NCBI RefSeq assembly: GCF_003918875.1
Contig: NW_025766447.1
Span: 2,418,001 to 2,482,000, forward strand
DNA: 64,000 bases
Direction: 5' to 3'
Source of the DNA: Haliotis rubra
Taxonomy: Eukaryota
A program made the translations under genes and the position numbers. The notes below the pieces were generated by a model that was not told the origin of the DNA, did not search any database, and saw only the letters and a program-made list of their open reading frames with translations. This document shows positions 25,001 to 38,200 of this stretch, one piece after another (position 1 is the stretch's first letter; the number at the start of each line of letters is the position of its first letter).

Positions 25001-26244
25001 TCAATCTTCTTTCATTAAGAATGGATAAATTAACACTTTCTTGGTCAAGATACACGCAAAATATTTCGTGATAGCTGAAGTGCATTTAGGAAGTCTGAAA
25101 ATATATGATACTCAATTTAATAGTCAGTTTTGACCCATAGATGATTCTGTGTATCTGAGGACTTTGGAGTAATTACTCTTCTTTAGTCTTCAGTCTTTCT
25201 GTTGATTGTACACTGGTGAATTGAAGGTTGATCTGTATTGATTGATACAAGGGGCTTTAGGGTAGCCTATTTGTTAAAGCATTTGCTTGTCATGCCGTGT
25301 GAAGACCATTTCTGGTGTCCCCTGTTGTGATATTTCTGGAATAATGCAACTCGCTCACTCAGTATTGATGCAAATGGCTTCAAGTTATCTTCAGGTACTT
25401 GTTTTATGACTGACCAGATAAAGACTCCTGGTTTTTTTTCCTTCTGACAGGAAATAAGATCCAATATAAGAAATAAATTTGCCTTTTGTAGTTTTTGTTG
25501 GTAGAGCTGATGTTCCTGCTTGAGACTGTGTATCAGCATAAAATATCATTTCATTGCAGAGGAAGTACTCAGTGAAGATGTTATCCAGAAGTGGTACAAG
25601 GGAGGCCACTCTTCCAAGGGCAAGAGCACCTTCCTTGAGCAGATGAAGAAGTTTGTAGAATGGCTTGAGAACGCAGAAGAAGGTAGGGTCTCGTTGCTTG
25701 GAAAAATTAGGCTGAGTATGTACACTTGAGTAATATGGTACATCAGCTTGATGTTAAATGTGTTATTCTGTGTGTGTTATTTTTAGTCTTAATTGTTATA
25801 CAATGTATAGGGATATAATGACGCACTTTGAAGCAGAACAATTCACTGTGCTGTCGGTAAGCACTTCAGTGTCAGTAAGCAGTGAGAGGATGGGCTGGTC
25901 TTTAAGTTAGGGCTGGGTCATTCAGCACCAGCTTTCTTCTTTTTGGTTTCATGAAAATGGCATTTTCAATAAACATTAGTTGCTTATGAATGTTTTCAGA
26001 ATTAATATTGTCACTGGTAATATGTCAAGGACTAGTGAGGGAAGACGGGTATGTTCTCAAACTGAAAACTTGGGTTTGATTTCCCTTTTTATATAAACTA
26101 TTCAGCCTATTTCTGGTGTCCCGAGCTGTGATTCTGCTGGTATATTGCTTGTAGAGCTATGTAGAACCATACTTGCCCACTCTGAGACTAGAGATTTAGC
26201 TGATATGTTTTGCCTTTCCAGAATCTGATGAGGAGGATGATTAA
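19086..26244 (+). CDS. BZW: Basic leucine zipper and W2 domain protein / eIF5-mimic protein (BZW1/BZW2 co-orthologue, 5MP), 12 coding exons, 420 aa
   Basis: Exons: 19086-19146, 19942-20024, 20303-20396, 20716-20825, 21531-21732, 22095-22204, 22355-22441, 23357-23440, 23730-23795, 24714-24933, 25560-25682, 26222-26244. GT-AG, in phase, 1263 nt. Hallmarks [48 protein letters not shown]2 domain [18 protein letters not shown]...[17 protein letters not shown]. Confidence 0.96.
21169..21515 (+). mobile_element. Full-length tRNA-headed SINE (family C) with 13-bp target-site duplication
   Basis: A box TGGTGTAGTGG, B box GGTTCGATCC, body, tail ending GGACGTAAAAACCCAAT...CTCAC. Flanked by ACCTGTAGTTTTC (21156-21168) and ACCTGTGGTTTTC (21516-21528). 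Confidence 0.85.
22545..23330 (+). mobile_element. Helentron-associated (HINE/DINE-1-like) non-autonomous element with internal 169-bp tandem repeats
   Basis: GGGGTATA then (GTCC)n microsatellite, two near-identical 169-bp units (from 22621 and 22790) plus diverged units, then GCGGGGGTAT and 3' hairpin GTGAGC-TGT-GCTCAC before a T-rich end. Confidence 0.7.
24275..24674. mobile_element. hAT-like MITE in a BZW intron
   Basis: TIR CAGGGTTTTACA...TGTAAAACCCTG; degenerate flanking GCTAC duplication; subterminal ATGACTCCCA repeats. Confidence 0.6.
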
Positions 26245-29200
26245 TGCTGAATACAAGCATGATGGATACAAGGACAGATCTGCAGCTATGCACCAGGGAT
26301 CTCTTGCTTTGATTCAAGTCTACCATTACTGCATGTTGATGCAGTGATGTTGTACACTGGACTCTGCCTGCTTTGACAAGGTTCCCAGCAGTCGTGCTAC
26401 AGTCCTTCACTTCCTCACTATCGGCGTGTTCCCTGTTAGTACTGGTCCAAATCAGTCTGATTCAGTCTTCAAACATGTATGACCTATATAAATTGGAGAA
26501 ATGTTGACATTTTGATATTTCACTGGACAGTTGCTGAATAAAGAACAAGTGGAAATATCCTGACTTTACGCAGTTCTTGTTTCGCTCTATATGTACATGT
26601 GTTATTGCCATGGCAACAGGTCATCAGAGAACATCCATGGGTTTGTGGAGAAGGATCCTTCTTCACCCAACTCTCCATCATGATCATGAATTTGGTCTTT
26701 CTCATGTATCTTGTTATGGTGGCTTTTATCATAGATGACTTTCTGATTTGTTGCAGACTGTCTTTTCAGTCCACTATTCAGTTCATGCTTTGCATCTTTA
26801 GAGAGATTGTCAAATGTTTGCCCTGTGCCGACCAGTGTCCACTAGTAATAGGTTTTGATAAATCTTTTTACTATATTAACTTGTTACATGTCTGACTATT
26901 TTTAATGAAATAACTACTGGAAAGTCTGATTCTGTACGTATAGTTTTTGTTGCAAGACTTGTGTACTGAAATGTTTTCAACATGACAAAAGGAAATGTGT
27001 TACTGAAGAATGTCTGCCTCAACATGGAATAAGACTGCAATAATATTTGATCAGTGTATTTTATCTTGCCAAAGATTGTCAGTTTTCTGAATTCTTCATG
27101 ACTTGAAATACTTGTACATGTCTATGGCCAGTGTAATCTCTTTAGGGTGTTGATGATCATTGCATATACTCAAACAATTGTCAGTGTAAAATACCTCTGC
27201 TGCACGTTCTGGGTATAAAATGAACGCAAATATATTGTTTATGGTGGTGTTCACTCTTCACAGCAGATATATTACAAAGTTCTGAACTCCAGTTGTTAGC
27301 AGATGTAAATATTTGCCCTATTAGGGAGGTGTATGATTCTGTGCCTGGAACGTGTAGATGGCCGTGTTATCATTTCATTAAGTTAGTATATTTTTGTAAG
27401 GTCATCCACCCAACCATGGGCCCAGTAATGACTCGACTCAAGCAGCAACTCTGTGGCCTTCGAAACTTGTTACAAACTTTCGAAATATCGAAAGGAAAAA
27501 AAGTTACTCATCATTGGTGATATTGTTCGTGAACCATCAGTTGTCTATTTGTGACATGTTTTGTTTCATGTGTTAATTCAGTGGAGTTTGACGTTCATCA
27601 CACGAGGAATGTGTAAATAAACATTATGAAAACATCTTATTCAGAGCTCATATTCAGACATTGGAAACATTGCCAGGTCATGTTAGAGATATATTGCCAC
27701 ATACCGATACGCCCAACATTGCATCTCTTGTCCCATCACATCACCATGTCCGAGCCGGTGTCAAAGCTAGCATGTAAAACACGGCATATATAAAGTGCAG
27801 CAATTCATTAGTTACTGAAACCTTCAGAATGCAAAGTCTAGTCAAGTCATTTCTGTGTTACAAACATAACATTTCCCAGCTTGATAGTAGCTGTGAATTA
27901 AAACAACATTGCTAGACCCTTTTCTTAATGTTTCAGTGACTTGTGTTAAGTTTTGGTGGCGGCCATTTTATCCTCCATGTGACGTCATCCTTTGATTCGG
28001 TGCCGACTCCCTGGCTCATACTTAACTGTCCGATCTGTTTTCTTTGTGATTGACGCTTACATCAAAATCATATAGTACTCAGTTATATGGTTGTATCACA
28101 TGAAGTGTTTGTATGTTAAATAGTCACAATATTAGCTATTATACCCTGTGTTACAATATTTAACCATTCTTTTTGTTATGCAAACCCTCAGTTTTGAGGG
28201 TTTTGTGCACTGCCTGCACCCTTCATCCAATAAGTACACTGACTGTTGACCACTTGAGTATATATTTTGAAATCGTAACATGCCCGGAAAACAACTCCAG
28301 ATGGGAAGATCATGTGACTTGGTCAGAGGCACTGTGGTACATAGTTGTTCTTTTTGTAAGAATTATGAAAATTTGTGAATAAAAATTATTAAAAATAGTT
28401 CTTTGGTTAATAATTATGTAAGCAACTTGTTAACCCACACGTTTGTGGTGATAAAAAGAAACTACAGATGTGGATTGAATCACAAGAAATAAAGCATTTG
28501 TATGAATACCAGCAACGTGTTTTGTATAAGGTTTTCTGTTTGCAAGTTAAAGCCCTGTTGGAATACACAGGGCTCAGTGTCCAGCGAAAGCTGAACGTTC
28601 TCGTGTATTATTTGTAAATGGATCATTCAGCTGCTGCAGTAAAACGTGACCTTTATCCAGAAAATACAAGTAGTGCATGCTACTCAAATTTGATAAAATG
28701 AATGTCAAGTGAGATACGTCAAACTGATTGGTTGGAGATGCTGTAGTGATAATGTGATTTATCCTAAGCTCTATTGCTTAAACGAAAGTAAACGTATGTC
28801 GTCTCCTAACTGTCGTAAAAGTGCGCGCTCCCGGTGTCCTTATCAAGAATTCTGTTCAGATTTACGTGCGAGTGACCTCACGAAACATTGTCAATTTTGG
28901 AGAGAGGGGAAGCCTATGTCCTACAAAGATTAGTCCCTTTCCCTTGAAACATCCGTTGTTTAATTATAAAATATGAACTAGATGTTGCGATATTTGGAGA
29001 TTCTGTAACCATGCACGCACGCTCTCGTGCTTACTTTTTGGTCATGGTACACGGAATGTAATCTCAGTTGAATACCAGAACCCCAAAACATTAAGTTATA
29101 TTTATTCCCCATCTGGATTCCCTAAATAAACACCCTTAAATCGCGTGCTGTATATAACATTGTCGGGCAATGCGGAAGGCGACTACTTGTTTTCAGCTTA

Positions 29201-29407
29201 GATCGGATTTTATCATGATTGCTCTTACATGGCGACGCGCATTCACGTGTCTGCTTGTACTTCGACTAATGCCAGTTTAGTCTCTCACAGACCCACTCAT
29301 TTTCCCACCCGCTCAGCCCTTAATGCATTGCTAAAGCCGTTAATGAAGCAAGTCTAGATTTCATCAGGTTCTGAATCTACCAACTCACTGGGGCTCCTTT
29401 CCAGTTT

Positions 29408-29641
29408 GACCCGTGAAGGCCGGGTTAGAATGTACCTTCAGCAACCCATGCTTGTCGTAAGAGGCGACTAACGGGATCGGGTGGTCAGGCTCGCTGGCTT
29501 GGTTGACATATCATCGGTTCCCACTTGCGCAGATCGATGGTCATGCTGTTGATCACTGGATTGTCTGGTCCAGACTCGATTATTTACAGACCGCCGCCAT
29601 ATAGCTGGAATATTGCTGAGTGCGGCGTAAAACTAAACTCA
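29408..29641 (+). mobile_element. SINE-like element, family B, with perfect 14-bp TSD
   Basis: GACCCGTGAAGG...GCTTGTCGTAAGAGGCGACTAACGGG...GCTGGAATATTGCTGAGTGCGGCGTAAAAC-(ACTC). TSD CTCCTTTCCAGTTT at 29394-29407 and 29642-29655. Confidence 0.85.
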
Positions 29642-29664
29642 CTCCTTTCCAGTTTAAATGGAAT

Positions 29665-30125
29665 TTAAGAAAGTTTATGGATAACAACTTCTTTATTATA
29701 TATGATGCGACGTTTCAGTATGGATTCTTATACCGTTGTCAAGCAAGAGTGAAGTACTACAGCACAGAACAGACTTATATACATGAACAGGGATTAAGTA
29801 ATAACAACATGTAGGACTGAATGAGGGGGATTAACAATAACAACAAGGCACGGTGGCGATAATGTAGTGACAATAGGAAGCCAATGGTGGTGGAGGTAAA
29901 AAACAAAATATACATGCTGATGAGATTAATTAACAATGATGGCTGAGGTGCTCTAATCTGTTGTTTTTATGAGATCATTGTATGCAGAAGGGATGAGATA
30001 TCCCTGGTCTCTGTTGATTGAGGGCTTGTGTCTGCGGATTTGAACTGCTTCTGCAAGTTTCCTTTTGGTGAAGTCCTGGTGGTTTTGGATAATATCTCCA
30101 CATTGTCCCAAATTATGTTGTGATC
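29665..30125 (-). mobile_element. Penelope-like retroelement 3' fragment (C-terminus of GIY-YIG endonuclease region)
   Basis: Minus-strand translation HNIIWDNVEIL / DFTKRKLAEAVQIRRHKPSINRDQGYLIPSAYNDLI (one frameshift), followed by a CTTGACAACGG...GAAACGTCG terminal motif. Confidence 0.7.
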
Positions 30126-30508
30126 TCATCGCAAGCCTTTCACTGGCCCGGACACTTGTCGCTTTAATGTAGAGTTGCCTCCCTTAGGATGAGAATAGGC
30201 GCTGTGTGATGCTCTGCTTTGACTATCACAGAGCTACCAACTACTCTTGCCGTAACTTTTTACAGAACTCAAGCCTGATTTGGCTCAAAATTCATTCGGA
30301 GTTACTTAAGTCCCTAAAGCATTTACCTTAAACTACAGCATTTATTGAGATTGTATTTCAGAACCTATCAATCTCATTGCTGTGTAACATTAGCAAAAAA
30401 AAGCACAGCTAATTTGGAAAGTGAAAAGCACGAGTGAAATGTATTACTGACCTTCAGCCTTAATATTTTGACGTTACGTTTTTTGCTTGCTGGATTCGAA
30501 CCCCCATT

Positions 30509-30656
30509 NNNNNNNNNNNNNNNNNNNNNNNNNNNNNNNNNNNNNNNNNNNNNNNNNNNNNNNNNNNNNNNNNNNNNNNNNNNNNNNNNNNNNNNNNNNN
30601 NNNNNNNNNNNNNNNNNNNNNNNNNNNNNNNNNNNNNNNNNNNNNNNNNNNNNNNN
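30509..30656. other. Assembly gap (N run)
   Basis: 148 Ns. Confidence 1.
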
Positions 30657-32208
30657 CATTTCAGTCCATTGACTCTCTTCGCTTGTACTTCAGACACTGC
30701 GGAGTGCACACTGTTCTACTTCATGTTGGGGATATTTTTTATCTTTCCATGATACATAAAACGTATTCTCATAACATTTAAATATACTTGACATAGTATG
30801 TGATTATCAAAAGTCGAGTGGTAAATGCTGCTCCAAAGAAGTTAAAATCGTTTTCACGACTTATCCAAACTGTGGATGTTCTTTTACTTGTTTCGAGTAG
30901 TTGCAGCGAAAGTCTAGAATGATTGGCGTGTTTCTAGTAATCACAAGACGCTGATGATCATTTATAAGCTTTTATTCCCTTCTCCAATCGAATTGTGATC
31001 TTATGAAAAACTGTAGGTATACACATGAACGATATGATGTTGATATTTATGTACAGAACATGAATTAGGTTAGTATCATTGGGACACGTTACACTTGGAC
31101 AACAAATCTGGCTTCAACAGTGATACTGCACTGAACACAGGTCGGCCGAACTGACCTTAATGGTGGCTAATTCTGTCACACATCCGTCTTGAAACGTGTA
31201 TTGTATCGTTAGTGTCTGATATGATAATAATAATCATCTTTATACGCCCACGTGATATGGCTCGCGAATTGCTACACGCGATGCCAAACCAATCACTCAC
31301 ACAAAGACATAAAGATTCGGACAACACATCTCGTCCACCGTGTTACGGAAAGAAACAGCCTAGTTCAAACAGTCATCTGCCGAAGCCATCCGAGCGTCAA
31401 GTTCAAAGCTTGTGCTTCGGCGGCTGTTGTAAACTTGGTACCTTCTTGACTGAGGTAGTTAAATGTGGTGTTAGTATAAACTGGGGACGAAATTGTTACT
31501 GAGACTGTGAGCACGGCGAAGGTCCTGAAGGGGCATGTCTTGGCTCTCACTCTGCCATTATGGAACGGGCATTAAACTCTTACAAAAAACAAAACATATC
31601 AGACAAATAATTTTTACAAAAATATATTGCAAGACATAATTATATACAACACGAATGTTATGTACATGGTATAAACTTCAAGAAAACCACGTTGTCGCCA
31701 AACTTACAAAGTATGACGGCTTATCACATCGGTTTATCACAGTATGGCTGGCTGTCTGTTGCCAGAGCCCAGCTTCACCAATATCGTGTGTACAGGAATA
31801 TAAAACAGTAGACTACTGGAACCCGCAGTGACATATACCTGGTGGAGAAATACAGGTGGATCAAAGCCAGGTTTGTCTGGATACAACATCAAGACCCTCT
31901 GTTTAGGCGATCTATCGTTCTATAATGTAACGGCACTCTATCAAAACAGTTTCATGCGCTCTCCTCCAAGGTACGGCGTCTAGGCACTAAATGAATGTAC
32001 AGTGTCAAAGAACTCTTTCAAGACCCAATTTAAAGGCACTCTATCAAGACACAGTGTAAAGGCACTCTAACGACATACAGCTTCAAGGGACTCAATGAAG
32101 GCGCTGGGTTAAGGCACCCATCTGTTCACATTGCGGAAGGACCAAAAACATCATTGTATAAAATTTACAAATTATCTGTCATGTGACAGGATCTCATGAA
32201 TTAGAAAT

Positions 32209-35200
32209 CTAGAAGTTCTCAAAGTGGTGTTCAAACAAAGCTTTGGTCATCTTGCTGGAGTCCACACATGCCCGCTCCACGCCCTTCGTTACACCAGGAG
32301 GCCCACAGCTGAACACGCCCACTTTCTTTACCTAGAATACAAGCACATGGGTATGTATACATTCTTCCCCAGCAAAAACCCCTAAGGAAATAGAGGAGAC
32401 TTACTACTGACCTTGATGACATTACAACAATAAGTAACTCGAAAAGGGGACGGCTAGTCTCCATGATGCTACAATGTGTTGTGAAGAGTTGCGTCCCTTA
32501 CATTAGCTCGATCACATTGATCTTGGCTTTGAAAAACAAATTCGATGTGATAATATTTTTAAGTTTGTAGGCACCATGGATTTCATCAAAATCGTAAACG
32601 TATAGGACCATAATAATTTCGGGCTTTTCTCCCACGTGAATCAGGCATGTCATGATATAGCGTGAAATTACAACACTGTGTAAGAAACTTGTCGTTCACT
32701 TATTATTGCCTTTCCTATTGGATAAGTAGACACACGAAATCGGGTCGTACCTGTGGATGGGCGCGGTGTACAGCGTTCATGATCTTGTTGAGTTGTGGTC
32801 GTCCGAAGTGTGTGGTGGCCTTCAGCCCTGTGAACACACTCTTTCCCCCTGTCATCTTCTGGAAGTGCTCCTCGAATATGTACTGTAAGAGATTTAATAT
32901 TAATGGATTACGGAAAGCATTAACGGAGAGTTTCCGTACAGTCATGTGATTTAGGTTAACTCCGAAACCCGAGTCTGATTCCGGATATATGGCTCAGTGG
33001 GCTAGATCGCTGACTGTGACTCAACATAACAAAGTATCATTAACTGTACTTCTACTGTGTAAGTGTGAGCCGTAATATAACATATGCTATATATGACCAC
33101 TTTCTAAATGGGATTGTGTATTCATAACAGAATGTATCCATTTGTGTATGCTACAAGCGGCGTTAAACATCACTCACTACATTGTGGTATAGGTCAGAAC
33201 AGACTCACCAGCATGGCCGTCCTGAGGTCGAAGTTCTGGAAGAACTGTGTGATGAAGATGTCAATGGATACCATGCCCATCGTGTCGATCTCTTCCACCT
33301 CCCGCAGGATGTCGATCAACCACTCGAAGTGACGCTGGCTGCCCGTGATCCAGATGAAATACAGCTGTAACACATAAACCCTGATATCTTAACTGAACCC
33401 GTGGACACACATCTAAACAATGTCATCGGCCAGTATGCTGAACCAGTATACCAAATACATCGACGACGTCATCCCATGAAACAGAACGATACAACCACCA
33501 AACAGCTAGACATACGCCAACGATGTCATCCAGTCGAACAGGTTGCGAGGAAATAGTATATGTGATTTTACTTCTGAAATACATTTTTATTCCATGATTT
33601 ACCGAAACAGATTTGGCGTAAAACCAAAAAGGGTGATGGAAATCATAGATATGGATTGTTATGAATGTGACCATTTGACCTGTCCAGACAAGGAACTCCC
33701 TAGGTGTTCCTCTAGTCTAAAACAGCTAGAATCAGTATGTGTGGGTTGCTAGGTTACAGTATGTGTGGGTTGCTAGGTTACAGTATGTGTGGGTTGCTAG
33801 GTTACAGTATGTGTGGGTTGCTAGGTTACCTTCTGGCACTTGACCTTGTACATGCTTCTGATGGAGGACATGTGGACGAAGTCTTTGAGGATGGAGGCGT
33901 AGGGCGTGACTCCGATGCCGGCCCCCACCAGGACAGACACCTCGTACTGGTACCAGTCCTGCTGTCCAGCACCATAGGGCCCGTCCAGATACAGCTAGAC
34001 ACACAGACAGACACATATAGTCACATACTCAAGCTGTCCACATGAATATTTCAGGGATTGTGCGACACTACATTGCAGATATTCATTGCTTGCTGTCGAG
34101 GGAATAGTGTATTGTATACCATTGAGAGATTACTACATATCATACAGAAACTTACTGTACATCAATGAAGAACGTACTTTTTGTAACGGATTAACGTAAT
34201 GCATAGTATTAACAACGCACCGTTGGTCATTAAGGAAAGTACTACATGTATATATCATATCTCTTAGCAACGTACTGCGTATTATTTGGAAATTCCGAAA
34301 ATACTCATTTCAGCGAGCTCGATCCCAAAACAGTGTACATGTTTACACAACGTTACTCTTGGTCCGTCATTGACGTAAATTTACGAAGAAATGGGGTACC
34401 TTCAGGAGTGGGTTGTATTTGAAGTAACTGAGTACATGATCTATCCATCTGGTTTATTACTCACCTTCAGGAGTGGGTTGTATTTGAAGTAACTGAGTAC
34501 ATGATCTATCCATCTGGTTTATTACTCACCTTCAGGAGTGGGTTGTATTTGAAGTAACTGAGTACATGATCTATCCATCTGGTTTATTACTCACCTTCAG
34601 GAGTGGGTTGTATTTGAAGTAACTGAGTACATGATCTATCCATCTGGTTTATTACTCACCTTCGGGAGCGGGTTGTCCTTAAGGGTCTGGGCGTCAAATG
34701 TCTGCCGGATGTTCCATGTCCATGGTCCCAGTGCCCGGATGTGCAACTTGAGTGTGTCCTCGTGGGGCGCCGATGTAAGTGTGAAGGGGTGGTACTCGTC
34801 CTTGCCCTGGGAGAGGCAGGCAATCCGTACCCACTGTCCTGACTTGTACTCGAACTTGGACGGACGTTTGAACTCAAGCATCGTTACGTCTGATGAAGGA
34901 CATAGAGTGAGAGCTAAGGATCACATTCTGAACACGTTTTATGACATTTGTGTATATATGGGACACCACAATAATACATGATTGGACATTGACTTGCAGG
35001 TGGTAAATAGTTAACTTGGAAGCCAAATATTTCTTACAATATACCCCTGGTGACCCGTGAAGACCCGAGATTGAGATTTGTTCCTGCAACATCTTATAAA
35101 AAGCGACCAACCGGATCGAATGGGGTCACGACAATCATTGTATGGTTCAGAGTAAACTGTTTACAAACTGCTATCAACAAGCTGGAATGTTGCTGAATGC

Positions 35201-38200
35201 GGCATCAAACAACAAATAAATTGAAAGGATGAACACATTTAGTTGTAAGTCTAAAGCAGGTGTCGAAAGCAACAGCGCAAAGAGCAGGGCCCAGTTCCGC
35301 AAAACGATCGTGGCGCTATGTTAAAGTATGGGAGTTACGATCTTCTTAGCGCTACGAACGGGCCCTGGTATGTAGACAAAGGAAGAATATAGGCAGCAGA
35401 TGATACAAGATAGCAGATCAGCTACTGTCGAGGATACTCGCTATTCGATATGCATTCTTATCAGCAGTATTCTAAGACATCATTATTCACAGACTTGTTC
35501 AGAAACGGTATTTAGAAACAGAATAACCTGGTATACGGATTTATGAAAGATGGGATTATTCAGAACGAAACATATTTCGGAGATATGTATTCAGGAAATC
35601 ACATTTTAAAGAAAATAATGTTCTTGAGTAAGGGACAATATACACGAAGCAGACGATAGGAACACGGTGAGATGTAATAATATACACGAAGCAGACGATA
35701 GGAACACGGTGAGATGTAATAATATACACGAAGCAGACGATAGGAACACGGTGAGATGTAACCCAGTCTCATTCAATTGTGGTCATTTTACTCCGATACA
35801 ATATACTCTACGTCAAGATCTGAAAGCAACTCCTGAGGAGCTCGGGTCAGGTATCGGAGTGAAATATAGGGTCTTGACCAGGTTGGACGTTACCTGAGGG
35901 GAGGTTCTGTGCTCGGACGATGCTGATCTGGACCTTCTTCCGGCTGAGACTGACCATCTTGTCGATGGTGAACAGCACCGCGGGACCGACGAAGTAGGCG
36001 TAGAATAAGGGCTTCTGGACGATGACGGACGCTCCGTGGAGGATGACGAGGACGTACATGATGATGAACAGTTTGTGTGTGAGCCAGAACAGGTTGAAGA
36101 TGTGTCGGCGAGCCGTCTGGGTGGCAAACACGTACATGATGCACAGCACAACCACCAGAAGGACACCAGTAAACCCTGGAGCAGAACACAGGCTACAGGT
36201 GATACTGGGCAAACATGGGGTGGATGTTATTTCAGAATAGCCAAAACTTTCATTTTGTATCCGAAACGACTGGTGTTATTAACATCAGTTTATAATACTA
36301 AGCATTTCATGTACTGGCTACAACACAGAGGCTAACAAACCTGTGATTAATAATATGAGCACAAATCTGTGGACTACTCTAATTTATGTGTATGTACGGC
36401 AGTCTGTGTGAAACTGACAGTATGTTTGTATGTACGGTAATCTGTTTGCAGCTATGGTGGTACGTTGTATGTACGGTAATCTGTGTGAAACCATGGTAAC
36501 ATGTATGCAGCTATGGTGGTACGTTTGTATGTACGGTAATCTGTGTGAAACCATGGTAAGATGTATGTATGTACGATAATCTGTGTGAAACTATGGTAAG
36601 ATGTAAGTACGATAATCTGTGTGCAGCTATGGTAAGATGTATGTATGTACGGTAATCTGTGTGAAACTATGGTAAGATGTATGTATGTACGGTAATCTGT
36701 GTGAAACTATGGTAAGATGTATGGATGTACGGTAATCTGTGTGAAACTATGGTAAGATGTATGTATGTACGGTAATCTGTGTGAAACTATGGTAAGATGT
36801 ATGTATGTACGGTAATCTGTGTGAAACTATGGTAAGATGTATGTATGTACGGTAATCTGTGTGAAACTATGGTAAGATGTATGTATGCACGTTAATCTGT
36901 GTGAAACTATGGTAAGATGTATGTATGTACAGTAATCTGTGTGAAACTATGGTAACATGTATGGATGTACGGTAATCTGTGTGAAACTAGGGTAAGATGT
37001 ATGTATGTTCGGTAATCTGTGTGAAACTAGGGTAAGATGTATGTATGCACGGTAATCTGTGTGAAACTATGGTAAGATGTATGTATGTACGGTAATCTGT
37101 GTGAAACTAGGGTAAGATGTATGTATGTACGGTAATCTGTGTGAAACTAGGGTAAGATGTATGTATGCACAGTAATCTGTGTGAAACTAGGGTAAGATGT
37201 ATGGATGTACGGTAATCTGTGTGAAACTATGGTAAGATGTATGGATGTACGGTAATCTGTGTGAAACTATGGTAAAATGTATGTATGTACGGTAATCTGT
37301 GTGAAACTAGGGTAACATGTATGTATGTACGGTAATCTGTGTGAAACTAGGGTAAGATGTATGTATGTACGGTAATCTGTGTGAAACTAGGGTAAGATGT
37401 ATGTATGTACGGTAATCTGTGAGAAACTAGGGTAAGTCGATGTATGTACGGTAATCTGTGTGAAACCATGGTAAGATGTATGTATCTGTGAAACTAGGGT
37501 AAGATGTATTGATGTACGGTAATCTGTGTGAAACTAGGGTAAGATGTATGGATGTACGGTAATCTGTGTGAAACTAGGGTAACATGTATGTATGTACGGT
37601 AATCTGTGTGAAACTAGGGTAAGATGTATGGATGTACGGTAATCTGTGTGAAACTAGGGTAAGATGTATGGATGTACGGTAATCTGTGTGAAACTAGGGT
37701 TAGATGTATGGATGTACGGTAATCTGTGTGAAACTATGGTAAGATGTATGGATGTACGGTAATCTGTGTGAAACTAGGGTAAGATGTATGGATGTACGGT
37801 AATCTGTGTGAAACTAGGGTAAGATGTATGGATGTACGGTAATCTGTGTGAAACTAGGGTAAGATGTATGGATGTACGGTAATCTGTGTGAAACTAGGGT
37901 AAGATGTATGTATGTACGGTAATCTGTGTGAAACTATGGTAAGATGTATGTATGTACGGTAATCTGTGTGAAACTATGGTAACATGTATGGATGTACGGT
38001 AATCTGTGTGAAACTAGGGTAAGATGTATGTATGTACGGTAATCTGTGTGAAACTAGGGTAAGATGTATGGATGTACGGTAATCTGTGTGAAACTAGGGT
38101 AAGATGTATGTATGTACGGTAATCTGTGTGAAACCATGGTAAGATGTATGTATGCACGGTAATCTGTGTGAAACCATGGTAAGATGTATGGATGTACGGT

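Noticed and set aside
25819-25935. H/ACA snoRNA candidate (two hairpins with AGAGGA between)
   Set aside because: No ACA box after the second hairpin and irregular stems.
27955-27990. YY1 plus CRE motifs suggesting another promoter
   Set aside because: Lies in the BZW 3' region with no associated exon; such motifs are common in transposon relics.
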